In this document: positions 19,120 to 29,042 of the stretch, piece after piece | Position numbering within the stretch: the first letter of the stretch is position 1 | Layout: each line of letters opens with the position of its first letter | Source: Candidatus Omnitrophota bacterium | Lineage (GTDB): Bacteria > Omnitrophota > Gorgyraeia > Duberdicusellales > 4484-171 | Reading direction: 5' to 3' | NCBI GenBank assembly: GCA_043823745.1 | Contig: JBDRAN010000059.1 | Coordinates: 9,105 to 73,104, forward strand | DNA length: 64,000 nucleotides | Notes under the pieces: model-generated | Told to the model about the DNA's origin: nothing | Seen by the model: only the letters and a program-made list of their open reading frames with translations | The model's database searches: none | Position numbers and translations under genes: made by a program

Positions 19120-19866
19120 ATGACGGTTTGGGTTTATAGTATTGTAAGCGTCGTTCTGGTGAGCCTGGTTTCACTGGTTGGCCTTTTTACGCTGGCGCTC
19201 AAAAAAGAATACTTGCAGCGTATCACGCTATTTTTAGTAAGTTTTGCCGTAGGGGCGCTCTTTGGGGATGCGTTCATCCATCTCTTGCCCGAATCCTTCA
19301 AAGAACTCGGAGCAAATCTTCCTACCTCGCTTTTGGTCATTGCCGGAATTCTTTTGTTTTTTATTCTTGAGAAGTTTTTACGCTGGCGTCATTGTCACGC
19401 CGAGCCTTGTGATTTTCATGCTCGACCGGTTGTGGCGATAAATCTTATCGGCGATGCGGTACACAATCTTCTTGACGGTATGATCATCGCCGCAAGCTTT
19501 ATGGCCAGCACTACGATTGGCGTTACGACAACCTTGGCCGTGCTTTTGCATGAGATCCCTCAGGAGATCGGCGATTTCGGCATTCTTGTTCACGGCGGAC
19601 TTTCGGTGCGCCGCGCGTTGTTTTTTAACTTTCTCTGCGCGTTATGCGCGGTGGTTGGCGCGCTTATTTCGTTGTTGATCGGAACCCATCTAAGTGATTA
19701 TGTGCCGATGTTATTGCCGATTATCGCCGGAGGATTTTTGTATATCGCGGGCTCTGATCTTATCCCTGAGCTGCAGCATGAGGTGAAGATCTCTTCTTCA
19801 GTGGGGCAATTTGTCTGCATCATTCTTGGTGTCGCGGTGATGGCCGCGCTTACCTTGGTGCATTAA
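19120..19866 (+). CDS. ZIP family metal transporter
   Basis: HNLLDG and HEIPQEIGDF motifs; His/Cys-rich loop. Confidence 0.92.
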   Translation: MTVWVYSIVSVVLVSLVSLVGLFTLALKKEYLQRITLFLVSFAVGALFGDAFIHLLPESFKELGANLPTSLLVIAGILLFFILEKFLRWRHCHAEPCDFHARPVVAINLIGDAVHNLLDGMIIAASFMASTTIGVTTTLAVLLHEIPQEIGDFGILVHGGLSVRRALFFNFLCALCAVVGALISLLIGTHLSDYVPMLLPIIAGGFLYIAGSDLIPELQHEVKISSSVGQFVCIILGVAVMAALTLVH

Positions 19867-20030
19867 ACCCAGAATTTGCATTAGCTCGCGGCGAAGATGG
19901 CTAATCTTTTGGGCTATAAGAAGTTACAAAAATGCTCGCCGTACTTTTTAAGTACGCCTGCGCTTTTTGTAACTCTTCTATCTCCAAAATCTTAGCTATC
20001 TTCATCCACCCCTAACGCAAAATCTGGGTT
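19866..20030. repeat. Long nested imperfect inverted repeat between convergent genes (terminator or MITE-like)
   Basis: AACCCAGA.TTTGC/GCAAA.TCTGGGTT, GAAGATGGCTAA/TTAGCTATCTTC and AGTTACAAAAA/TTTTTGTAACT arms. Confidence 0.7.
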
Positions 20031-20882
20031 AAAAAGAGAGGATCCGTCACAAAAAGCAGTATTTAATTCAGTAAGACCTTCCCTGCAGCTTGAGAAGAGC
20101 AAGCTTTCCGCTTGAGCCGCCTTACGAACTTCATTGATTATCTTTTCGCGTATCGGTCTCGGTAAATATATATAACCCGCATTCCGCTCGCCTTCTTTGC
20201 GGTAGAATGCTTTCCATAACTCTGCATGTTCGGGAAATGCCCGGCACATGCGTTTGAAGTTATCGGGTTTTGCTTTGTATGTCGAAGTAATAATCTGCTT
20301 GGCACCGCATCGTTTGACCGCACTCACCATCTTTTTTATTTCCGGGGTATTAAGCGGATATAGTAACGGGTCAATTCGTACTGCAACCGGTATAACGCCG
20401 GAGAGTTTCTTGATCGCCCCAAGGCGCTCGCCTGGTGCGGATGCCCTCGGTTCAAGTTTATTACTCAGGCTTTCTTTAAGCGTCGTCAGCGTAACGCTTA
20501 CTACCAGATTTTTGCATTGTTGCAGGATATCGATATCGCGTGCAACGAGCGCTGACTTTGTGACTATATGAATGCGGATATCATGATGTTTCAGTATTGC
20601 GAGTGCCTCGCGGGTGAGCTGCAAATTTTTTTCAAGAGCGAGGTACGGGTCAGAGGAATTCGCGATGGTGATGATGGAGCCGGAAGGGATCTTTTTTATT
20701 TCTCGCGCCAGGCGCTTGATGAAATATTTTTTAGGCCGCGGCCGCGAAAAATCCCGTATATAGGACGTTGCGTAACAGTAGAGGCAGCCGTGGGAGCATC
20801 CCGTATACGCTGAGAGACTGAATTTTTCCGGGCAGCTGCATGATGGATTTACCCAAGGGTCAAAAGGGGCAATAAGGCTCAT
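19992..20882 (-). CDS. Radical SAM protein, SPL/Rv2578c-like
   Basis: YTGCSHGCLYCYA, SDPY, VTKS and LEP.A..P.ERL motifs; ATG 20882 preferred because a promoter lies just upstream. Confidence 0.85.
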   Translation of the reverse strand: MSLIAPFDPWVNPSCSCPEKFSLSAYTGCSHGCLYCYATSYIRDFSRPRPKKYFIKRLAREIKKIPSGSIITIANSSDPYLALEKNLQLTREALAILKHHDIRIHIVTKSALVARDIDILQQCKNLVVSVTLTTLKESLSNKLEPRASAPGERLGAIKKLSGVIPVAVRIDPLLYPLNTPEIKKMVSAVKRCGAKQIITSTYKAKPDNFKRMCRAFPEHAELWKAFYRKEGERNAGYIYLPRPIREKIINEVRKAAQAESLLFSSCREGLTELNTAFCDGSSLFNPDFALGVDEDS

Positions 20883-20890
20883 TACTCTAT

Positions 20891-20918
20891 ATTGTAAGGA
20901 ACCAGGCAGCAAAGTCAA
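20891..20918 (-). promoter_or_regulatory. Putative sigma70 promoter
   Basis: TTGACT-16 nt-TACAAT on the minus strand, just upstream of ATG 20882. Confidence 0.5.
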
Positions 20919-21011
20919 ACAGTGCGTGCGTGGTGATTATTCTTGTTTACCTGTGCCATCATTGTTATAATTAGTAAGGTCTATGTTACCATTTCGATCA
21001 TCGGAAATCAT

Positions 21012-22496
21012 ATGCTTTTTAGCGAAGAATTAAAACTTCTTGTTCAATCGAAATACCCCGTTATTGCGGTTGAGTCCACCGATGAGGATTATGTTGTCCA
21101 ACAACTGGTGGAAATAGCGCCTCAACTTGAATTGGTATTTTTTCAGTGGTCGCTTACGTCTGGTCTGCAAAGAGAGGGTGGACAGGGAGCATACTACCAG
21201 ACCAAAGATCCGGTTTTTATGTGTAAAACCATTGTTAGTTTTCTTGAAGCAGGAGATTTTAAGGAAAGTTTATTTGTATTGAAGGATTTCAATCGCTATC
21301 TGGAAGACCCGCTTACCTCCAGGATTTTTAAAGACGTAGTCGGTCTCATTAAGGGCACCAAAAATACTATTGTTCTTTTGGCTGCCGAGTACAAACTGCC
21401 AAAAGATATTGAAGCCATATCGGGCCACTTGATCGGCGGATATCCCGCCCAAGAAGAAATTAGAGGCGTGGTGTGGGAAACTATTTCTGAGTTAAAGCGT
21501 ACCGGTCAGGATATGCGCATGACCTTTGTTCCTGGCGAATTTGAGCGTATCTCAAAAATCTTGGAAGGTTTATCGATTCAGCAGATTCGCAATATCATTC
21601 ATCAGTGTGTGGCGGAAGACAGGGAGTTTGATATCAACGATTTACCGGCAGTTGAAAAATACAAAAAGCAGATATTTGATCAAGAAGGATTGCTTGAGTT
21701 CTGCATTACTGAGGATAAAAGGAATATCGCTGGCTTTCATAATTTAAAGCGATGGATTTCTGAGCGCAGCGTTAGTTTTTCCTCCGGCGCGCCTGGGTTG
21801 CCCCAGCCCAAAGGAGTGCTTCTGATGGGAGTGCAGGGGTGCGGCAAGAGTCTTGCTATCAAGGTGCTCGCGCGTGAACTTAATTTACACTTATACCGGC
21901 TTGACTTGGCGCGTTTGTACAGCAAATATATAGGCGAAACAGAGCAAAACCTCCGTAAGGCGCTAGCGATTGTAGAAAAGTTATGTCCATTATGTTTGTG
22001 GATCGATGAGATCGAGAAAGGATTTGCTTCTTCAGATGGGGATATTGACGGAGGAGTATCGCAGCGTATACTGGGCACGTTTCTGACCTGGATGCAGGAA
22101 CGCGGAGCAGGCTGTTTTGTCGCGGCGACCGCCAATAATATTTATCAGTTGCCTCCTGAATTTTTGCGTAAAGGGCGATTTGATGAGATATTTTTCGTTG
22201 ATTTGCCCGATGAAACAATGCGTTTTGAACTTTTCAAAATTCATCTCAAGAAACGTGGTCTTACGGCTTCAGGGTTTGATTGCAAGGTACTCGCCGGTCG
22301 CTCGGTTGATTACAGCGGCGCCGAGATCGAACAGATTATAATTTCAGCGCTCTACCGGGCTTCAAGCGAAAAGACAGTTCTTACCCAGGACCATCTCTTT
22401 GAACAGATTGAGGCAACAAAACCCCTGGCGGTTTTGAAAGCCGAAGAAATTGCGAGTCTGAGGGAATGGGCGCGTCAGCGCACTATTGCCGCCTGA
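21012..22496 (+). CDS. AAA+ ATPase, Ycf46-like
   Basis: GVQGCGKS Walker A; LWIDEIEKG Walker B; LPPEFLRKGRFDEIFFVDLP. Confidence 0.9.
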   Translation: MLFSEELKLLVQSKYPVIAVESTDEDYVVQQLVEIAPQLELVFFQWSLTSGLQREGGQGAYYQTKDPVFMCKTIVSFLEAGDFKESLFVLKDFNRYLEDPLTSRIFKDVVGLIKGTKNTIVLLAAEYKLPKDIEAISGHLIGGYPAQEEIRGVVWETISELKRTGQDMRMTFVPGEFERISKILEGLSIQQIRNIIHQCVAEDREFDINDLPAVEKYKKQIFDQEGLLEFCITEDKRNIAGFHNLKRWISERSVSFSSGAPGLPQPKGVLLMGVQGCGKSLAIKVLARELNLHLYRLDLARLYSKYIGETEQNLRKALAIVEKLCPLCLWIDEIEKGFASSDGDIDGGVSQRILGTFLTWMQERGAGCFVAATANNIYQLPPEFLRKGRFDEIFFVDLPDETMRFELFKIHLKKRGLTASGFDCKVLAGRSVDYSGAEIEQIIISALYRASSEKTVLTQDHLFEQIEATKPLAVLKAEEIASLREWARQRTIAA

Positions 22497-23613
22497 AGTT
22501 TTTATAAACTTCGATAAAGACAACCCCGGCCATAAATCCTCCAATGTGCCCCCAGAAAGCGACTCGTGAGGAGTCCTTTGCTAATTGCGCAACACCGAAC
22601 CAGATATTCATCCCTATCCAAAATGCAATATAGTAAAAAGATGAAACAGCAGTTGTGATTTTTTTAGAAAGGCCGTAGACATCAAAAATTATTTTTGCCT
22701 TTGGAAAAAGGATAAGATGAGCGCCGATAACGCCGGAGATCGCGCCGCTTGCACCCACACAGGGAAGATTCTTTCCGGAAGGCGTTGCAAGAAACAATAT
22801 TCCTGAAAAGACAGCGCTGATCGCGTATAGTGCCGTAAATTTCTCCCAGCCCAATTCATCTTCCACGCCGCGCGCAAACGCCCAAAGAAAAAGCATATTG
22901 CCGGCTAAATGAAAGATATTCGCGTGCAGGAACGAATAAGTAATGAGTCGATACCATTGAAATTCCTGGATCGTTTCGTGCGCGCTTAAAAAAAGAAGTC
23001 CAGAAAAACTAAAAAGCATATCGGCCAGAAAAATCGCTATGCAGGCGATTAAGATCGTCCTGGTGGCGATCGGCGGTTTCTTGGTCAGGATGTTGTCGCC
23101 GCGGGGGATTACGGGGAGCATGCCCGTAAAAACGATAAAAGGAGCGATGATCTCATCGAGGGAGCGCGGCTTTACCCCGCGCTTTGCGGCCAGCGCTTTG
23201 TAGAGCGTTTCAATGGTTGCCTTGAAGTTTTCATCGTCTGTAGTTTTTTCAATGAATGCGATTGCAACCAGTGGCGCTTGAATTGCATTGAGCCATGTCG
23301 CGTGGCAGGAGATGCATTGGTTGACCAGGAAGCGTATTTTTTTATCGAGATCGTACTGACGCATATACGATTTACACTTTGGGCAGGCAAACTCTGCATG
23401 CGGTCCCAGCAAACTTTTATTGTAGACCAGAGAATTATCCGCTATGCGCTCAAGGAGCATTGATAAGATTTCCTGGGTGCAGAAATATTTTAACGCTCGT
23501 ACGCTCACCAGGGACGGTAGCATGATTGAGAAACATTGAGGACAGACAAGTATTTCATGGTTGCCTTTTACAAAAATTTCTAATTCTATTTTACAATCGG
23601 GGCAGCGCATCAA
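22483..23613 (-). CDS. Rhomboid intramembrane protease with two N-terminal Zn-ribbon (zf-TFIIB-like) domains
   Basis: CPDC..CPQC and CPKC..CISC; HL.GNM; GASG catalytic Ser; GHIGG catalytic His. Confidence 0.88.
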   Translation of the reverse strand: MMRCPDCKIELEIFVKGNHEILVCPQCFSIMLPSLVSVRALKYFCTQEILSMLLERIADNSLVYNKSLLGPHAEFACPKCKSYMRQYDLDKKIRFLVNQCISCHATWLNAIQAPLVAIAFIEKTTDDENFKATIETLYKALAAKRGVKPRSLDEIIAPFIVFTGMLPVIPRGDNILTKKPPIATRTILIACIAIFLADMLFSFSGLLFLSAHETIQEFQWYRLITYSFLHANIFHLAGNMLFLWAFARGVEDELGWEKFTALYAISAVFSGILFLATPSGKNLPCVGASGAISGVIGAHLILFPKAKIIFDVYGLSKKITTAVSSFYYIAFWIGMNIWFGVAQLAKDSSRVAFWGHIGGFMAGVVFIEVYKNFRRQ

Positions 23614-23767
23614 AGCCTCCGCGGTCTGTTTTGAGCGATTATGACAACAATGAATGTCGATTAATTATACCAATAATCGTTTTGTGTAGCTATATTTTAT
23701 ATAATTTTTTGATATAATAACGGTAATAATAAAGATTGAGTCTAATGGTAAAATATTATAAAAATCC

Positions 23768-25063
23768 ATGTGTTACGCAATTCCCGGAAAAATAGTAGAG
23801 ATTAAAGGCAAAATCGGCGTTGTCGACTATTTTGGCGAGCAGAAGAATGTTTTGATGGATTTCGCCAAAGCCAAGGTAGGCGATTATGTCTATGCGCAGG
23901 GCGGCCTTGTGGTTAACACCATTTCAGAGCGCGAAGCTTTAGAAATCCTAGAAGCCTGGAAGGATATGTTTTTTGCGCTTAAAAAAGCAGATGAAAAACT
24001 TTCAGTTATCGAAGATATCCCGGCTTCGCAGAAGCTGCTTGCGATTTTGCAAAAGGTTAATCTGGGCAAGCCGTTCGTCAAGGAAGAACTTCTATCTTTG
24101 TTGCGCACGAGCAATAAAGATGAGTTGCGCTTGTTCTATGAGAATGCCAATAATGTTCGTCAGAAAACACACGGGAATGCCTGTTGTGTGCATGGGATAC
24201 TTGAATTTTCCAATGTGTGTGAACAGAACTGTTTTTATTGCGGGATCAGGAAGGGCAAGCGCCTGAAACACTACCGTATGAGCTCCGGGGAGATCATTGG
24301 CGCGGCGCGTTACGCGGCAGAGGAGCTGGGGTTTAAGGCGCTAGTTTTACAGTCGGGAGAGGACAGCTGGTATACTGCCGAAATACTTGCACCGGTGGTT
24401 GAGGCTATACGCGCAATGGGCGTTCTTGTTTTCTTAAGTATCGGTTCGCGGGAAAAGGAGCTCTATAAAAGCTTATACGAGGCGGGCGCGCGCGCTGCGC
24501 TTTTGCGTTTTGAAACTTCCAATGAAAAGATATTTGAAAGTGTGCGTCCCGGCACGACCTTAAAAGGGCGCCTTGAACTGATCGAGTACCTTAAGAAACT
24601 CGGATATGTGCTTGCGACCGGCTTTATTGTTGGTCTTCCTAATGAGCGTGAGGAAGATGTTGTTAATAATATTCTGCTGACAAAATCTCTAAAACCAGAG
24701 ATGTACTCGTTTGGCCCGTTTATCCCTGCGGCCGGGACCCCGTTAGTCAAGCACGCGTTAGTTGATAAAAATTTGCTTTTAAAGGTAATCGCCATTGCGC
24801 GGCTTGCGGATCAGGATTCTAACATTTTAGTTACAACCGCACTTGAAACGTTAGATAAGCGCGCCAAGCGCGAGGGTATGCTCGCCGGCGCCAATTCTTT
24901 GATGATTAATATTACGCCCCGGCGCTATAAAAAATTATATTGTATTTACGATAATCGTGCGGATAATAATATCGCAATTAAAAAGGGCATTAAGGAAACG
25001 ATCGACTTACTGCATTCCTTAGGAAGGGCACCGACTGATTTAGGTGTCCATATCGCCCGGTAA
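23768..25063 (+). CDS. HypC-like domain fused to a HydE/BioB/PylB-type radical SAM
   Basis: MCYAIPGKIVEI...VGDYV (HypC); EFSNVCEQNCFYCGIR, LQSGED, RFETS, GPFIP..GTP, AGAN and YxxY (HydE-like). Confidence 0.85.
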   Translation: MCYAIPGKIVEIKGKIGVVDYFGEQKNVLMDFAKAKVGDYVYAQGGLVVNTISEREALEILEAWKDMFFALKKADEKLSVIEDIPASQKLLAILQKVNLGKPFVKEELLSLLRTSNKDELRLFYENANNVRQKTHGNACCVHGILEFSNVCEQNCFYCGIRKGKRLKHYRMSSGEIIGAARYAAEELGFKALVLQSGEDSWYTAEILAPVVEAIRAMGVLVFLSIGSREKELYKSLYEAGARAALLRFETSNEKIFESVRPGTTLKGRLELIEYLKKLGYVLATGFIVGLPNEREEDVVNNILLTKSLKPEMYSFGPFIPAAGTPLVKHALVDKNLLLKVIAIARLADQDSNILVTTALETLDKRAKREGMLAGANSLMINITPRRYKKLYCIYDNRADNNIAIKKGIKETIDLLHSLGRAPTDLGVHIAR

Positions 25064-25085
25064 AAGTAGGGCACAAGGGGGCTAT

Positions 25086-25937
25086 ATGAGACGGATAGTA
25101 ACGTTTAAGGAAGCGCCGCTGACGCTGGTAGGGAGAGTCATTAGACAGGATGATGCCGGTCCTGGTTTTAAAGCAGTTTCGAATGACCTGCAAGATATTA
25201 CGCTTGCTTCTTTTGGAAATAAAATTAAAGTTATCACTTCGTTTCCATCCGCAGATACGCCGGTTTGCGATCTTCAGATCAAGGAGTTTAATAAACGCGC
25301 AACCGGATTTTCCGCTGATGTCGTTGTTATCGGCGTTAGCAAGGATCTTCCGTTTGCCCAGGCCCGCTTTTGCCAGCTCAACGGCATTAAAAATGTGACG
25401 ACGCTTTCGGATTACAAATATTCTTCATTCGGCATTAATTACGGTTTGCTTGTTAAAGAGTTGAACCTCCTTGCCCGCGCGGCGCTTATTCTTGATGGGG
25501 CTAACGTGGTGCGTTATATCCAGGTGGTGAGCGAAATAACCCAGCCGCCTGATTACGAGGCAGTGTTGGTTGCCCTGGAGACTATCGTAAAGAACCCTCA
25601 GGCTGGCACTGTCACAGAATCCGGCCATTGTAAGCCCTGCGAAGGGGGAGTACTTGCGCTTTCAAAGAATATGATCGAACGATTTCTCGCCGGTAATCCG
25701 GGCTGGGAGCTCGTTGATGATACGAAGCTCGTTCGCGAATTCAAATTCAAGGATTTCGCGGAAGCAAAATATTTTCTCGATCTTGTTGCTATCATTGCCG
25801 AAGAGCAAGGACATCATCCAACATTGACGCTTATGTACAATAAGCTTAGAGTTATTCTGACCACTCATATGGCTGGTGGCGTAACGGATAATGATTTTGT
25901 AATGGCAAGAATTATTGATGAGATAAGAGGCGAATGA
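25086..25937 (+). CDS. tpx: Thiol peroxidase (Tpx) fused to pterin-4a-carbinolamine dehydratase
   Basis: PS.DTPVC, S.DLPFAQARFC and LLARA (Tpx); CKPCEGG, AEEQGHHP, TH..GG.T.NDF..A (PCD). Confidence 0.88.
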   Translation: MRRIVTFKEAPLTLVGRVIRQDDAGPGFKAVSNDLQDITLASFGNKIKVITSFPSADTPVCDLQIKEFNKRATGFSADVVVIGVSKDLPFAQARFCQLNGIKNVTTLSDYKYSSFGINYGLLVKELNLLARAALILDGANVVRYIQVVSEITQPPDYEAVLVALETIVKNPQAGTVTESGHCKPCEGGVLALSKNMIERFLAGNPGWELVDDTKLVREFKFKDFAEAKYFLDLVAIIAEEQGHHPTLTLMYNKLRVILTTHMAGGVTDNDFVMARIIDEIRGE

Positions 25938-26561
25938 AACCCCAAACAAAGAAAACAATATTGCGCGAGTTTCTCATATTCTTGATATTTGTTCCCTTAC
26001 CTATCAGGTTGATATATCTTTACGATCTTTGGCAATTTATTACCGACAGATATACGATATTGTTACCCACCAGCTCTAGTTTGTTTGCTTTTTTCGGGAT
26101 GCTTTATCCGATTTATTTTATTATTCGTAGTATAGTAAAATTTATACAAGGTATAAGACATACAGAAAAGGCTCTGGCAGCAAGACAAATTGTTTATATT
26201 GTGCTCTTTGCGTTCATTGCGTGGCCAACTACTAGTGTAGTGTCTTCATAAATCAATATATCTCCTTGCATCGCAATCCAATTACTGTAAGGTAGACGAG
26301 GATTGTCGCGGGATTGTAATGGGTTGTTGCGGTTACGGCCCTGTTATTAATAAAAAGGATAGTTTTCTCCTTGGCGGTTTATTTGCAAATCTCTATGAAA
26401 TATATTGTAGACATCCGAATGAGTGCCAGGTGGTGGATTGTATAGATACCTGGCCTCCTGTTTGCCGTAATAATAAATGTACGGAAACAAGTTATGAAGA
26501 CGGATATTTTAGAAACAAGTTGGGAGAGAAGCAAAAGGAGAGTTTGGAGAATAGGAGGTAA
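25934..26561 (+). pseudogene. Membrane-anchored Cys-rich protein, apparently frameshifted near 26240
   Basis: ORF 25934-26251 (TM helices). An overlapping frame is open from 26241 and reads ...NYCKVDEDCRGIVMGCCGY... to 26561. Confidence 0.5.
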
Positions 26562-26567
26562 ATAACG

Positions 26568-27080
26568 ATGAAGGTGGCGATTCTTGTAGAAGACCAATAT
26601 CAGGTGCTTGAAGTCTGGTATCCGTATCTGCGCTTACGCGAAGAGGGTTTTAAAACCGTGTTGTTGGGTACGAAACGGGAATTTTATAAGAGCAAAGAGG
26701 GTTATCCGGCAGAGGAAGAAGCGGTGATTCAAGAAGCGCGGCCGAATGATTATGATGGGGTGATCATCCCCGGAGGATATGCGCCGGATATCTTGCGTCG
26801 TTACAAAGAGGTCAATCGATTCGTTAAGGGGATGTTTGAAAAAGGAAAGCTTGTTGCCTCCATTTGCCATGGCGGCTGGGTGCTTGTTTCTGCGGGGGTC
26901 TTGCGAGGTAAAACCGCGACCGCCTTTTACGCGATACAGGATGATTTAGTAAATGCCGGCGCCACATTCGTCGATAAAGAGGTCGTGGTTGACGGAAATC
27001 TCATTACGTCCCGTAATCCGTATGATCTACCTGCGTTTTCCCGGGAAATTATCCGCTTTTTATCAAAAAAGAAAAATTAA
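26568..27080 (+). CDS. pfpI: PfpI/DJ-1 family protease/deglycase
   Basis: E..YP..R, IPGGYAPD, SICHG and ITSR.P.DLP motifs. Confidence 0.9.
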   Translation: MKVAILVEDQYQVLEVWYPYLRLREEGFKTVLLGTKREFYKSKEGYPAEEEAVIQEARPNDYDGVIIPGGYAPDILRRYKEVNRFVKGMFEKGKLVASICHGGWVLVSAGVLRGKTATAFYAIQDDLVNAGATFVDKEVVVDGNLITSRNPYDLPAFSREIIRFLSKKKN

Positions 27081-27091
27081 GGGCCTAACGT

Positions 27092-27988
27092 ATGAGCCAC
27101 CCTCATTTAGAGCACCGCCACCAGCATCACCGCGCCGACAAACTAACTCGTCTTCGATTGTCTATTATCTTGACCGCCGCCGGTATGATTGTTGAGTTTG
27201 CCGGAGGGTTCCTGTCCAACAGCTTAGCGCTTATTTCGGACGCCGGGCATATGCTCACTCATCTTTTTGCTCTGGGGATGAGTTACTTTGCGGTCGTGCT
27301 CGCGCTTAAGCCTGCCAGCAAACATCACACCTATGGGTTTTACCGCGCTGAGGTTTTAACCGCTTTTGTGAATGGCATCGTGCTTGTCGGTATTGCGGGC
27401 TATATCGCGTATGAAGCTCTGGGCCGGCTTGTGCACCCGGAGGAAATTAAGATCCAGGAGATGTTTCTGGTGGCTCTCTTTGGTCTGGTGATTAACGGCG
27501 TCAGTATCGCTCTCTTGACCAAAGTGAGCGAACATGATTTAAACATAAAAAGCGCAATCTTGCATGAGTTAGGGGATATGATCTCAAGCATAGCGGTCGT
27601 TGCCGGCGCGATCATTATTTTCTATACCAAAAATTATCTAGTTGATTCGCTCCTGTCGCTGGTTATCGCAGGGCTCATTGTCGTTTGGGCAGTGCGTCTT
27701 CTTCTTGACTCCGCGCACATATTGCTTGAATCAACTCCCAAGCACCTTGATATCGATGAAATTGTTGCCGCAGTCAAAAAAGAAATCCCGGATATTCATG
27801 GAATGCACCATGTTCATGTCTGGACTATCGCCACTTCAATGTACGCGCTCACTGCGCATCTTATTATCGAAGATTGCAGTATCAGCACCTCAAGTGAGCT
27901 CCTGCGCCGCGTTAATGAATTCTTGAAAGAACGTTTTCACATCGAACATACGAATATCCAATGTGAGTGCGTGGCAACACAGATTTGA
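27092..27988 (+). CDS. Cation diffusion facilitator (CzcD-like Zn/Co/Cd efflux)
   Basis: His-rich N-terminus; SLALISDAGH, TYGFYRAEV, H..GD and HHVHVW motifs. Confidence 0.92.
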   Translation: MSHPHLEHRHQHHRADKLTRLRLSIILTAAGMIVEFAGGFLSNSLALISDAGHMLTHLFALGMSYFAVVLALKPASKHHTYGFYRAEVLTAFVNGIVLVGIAGYIAYEALGRLVHPEEIKIQEMFLVALFGLVINGVSIALLTKVSEHDLNIKSAILHELGDMISSIAVVAGAIIIFYTKNYLVDSLLSLVIAGLIVVWAVRLLLDSAHILLESTPKHLDIDEIVAAVKKEIPDIHGMHHVHVWTIATSMYALTAHLIIEDCSISTSSELLRRVNEFLKERFHIEHTNIQCECVATQI

Positions 27989-28081
27989 ACGGATTTCGTT
28001 TATCCATGAGGCCGCGGCGCAATGGGAAAATTCCTTGACGAACGGACACCATAGCGGTATTAAAGGTTTAGGGGGAGCACC

Positions 28082-29041
28082 ATGTTTGTGCACGCACGAG
28101 AAAAAATTTTAAGCGCCAAACGGATCTTAATCGCCTGCCATATTCATCCTGACGGAGATTGTATCGGTTCGCTTCTGGCGCTTGGCCTGGCGCTTCGAAC
28201 GCTGGGGAAAGAGGTGTGTATGCTCTCCAGCGACGGCCTGCCGCGACGGTACGCTTCCCTGCCGGGCGCATACCGCATCGTAAAAACTACCCGCGCGCGT
28301 TTCGACGTCGCGATCGCGGTTGATTGCGGGAGCAAGGAGTTGCTTGGTAGCGTATTCAAGCATTTTGAGCAAACTCCGTGCACGATCGAGATCGATCATC
28401 ATGAGTTCAGGGTGCCCTTCGCCGGCATACGCATTGTGGATACCGATGCCGCCGCGGTAGGAGAGATTATTTTTCGATTCCTTAAAGATTCAGGCATCAG
28501 TATCACCAAAGAAATTGCTCAAAATATTTTAACTTCGATCATCGTTGAGACCAATTCGTTTCGCCTACCCAATGTACGAGCCCTTACGTTTAACGTGTGC
28601 GGCGACTTAATGCGGCTTGGTGTCGATTTTTACTCGTTGGTCGATGCGGTGTTCTGGTCGCGCAGCAAGGAGGAGGCGATTCTTTCAGGGTTGTGTCTCG
28701 CGCGTTGTCAATTTATATACCGGGGGCAAATTGCCTGGTCGATCGTGCGCGCGGCAGACATGAAAAAAATAAAAGGAAAAGAAGAAGATGTTGACGCGGT
28801 GGCTGATCAGATGCGCTCAATAACAAAAGTTAAAATCGTAATTGTTTTCCGGGAACAAGAGGGCAGCCTTCTGCGTGTGAGTTTGCGCTCAAAAGAAAAA
28901 ATCAATATAGCGCAATTAGCCAAGCGTTACGGCGGCGGCGGGCATTTTGATACCGCGGGTTGCCTTATTCCCAACAGCAGGTTTGCCAGAAATAAATTCC
29001 TGCGCGATGCGCAGGCGATGCTTAAGAAGCAGACGGTATAA
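28082..29041 (+). CDS. nrnA: DHH/DHHA1 phosphoesterase (NrnA-like)
   Basis: H.HPDGD..GS, IDHH, RVSLRS and GGGGH motifs. Confidence 0.88.
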   Translation: MFVHAREKILSAKRILIACHIHPDGDCIGSLLALGLALRTLGKEVCMLSSDGLPRRYASLPGAYRIVKTTRARFDVAIAVDCGSKELLGSVFKHFEQTPCTIEIDHHEFRVPFAGIRIVDTDAAAVGEIIFRFLKDSGISITKEIAQNILTSIIVETNSFRLPNVRALTFNVCGDLMRLGVDFYSLVDAVFWSRSKEEAILSGLCLARCQFIYRGQIAWSIVRAADMKKIKGKEEDVDAVADQMRSITKVKIVIVFREQEGSLLRVSLRSKEKINIAQLAKRYGGGGHFDTAGCLIPNSRFARNKFLRDAQAMLKKQTV

Positions 29042-29042
29042 C

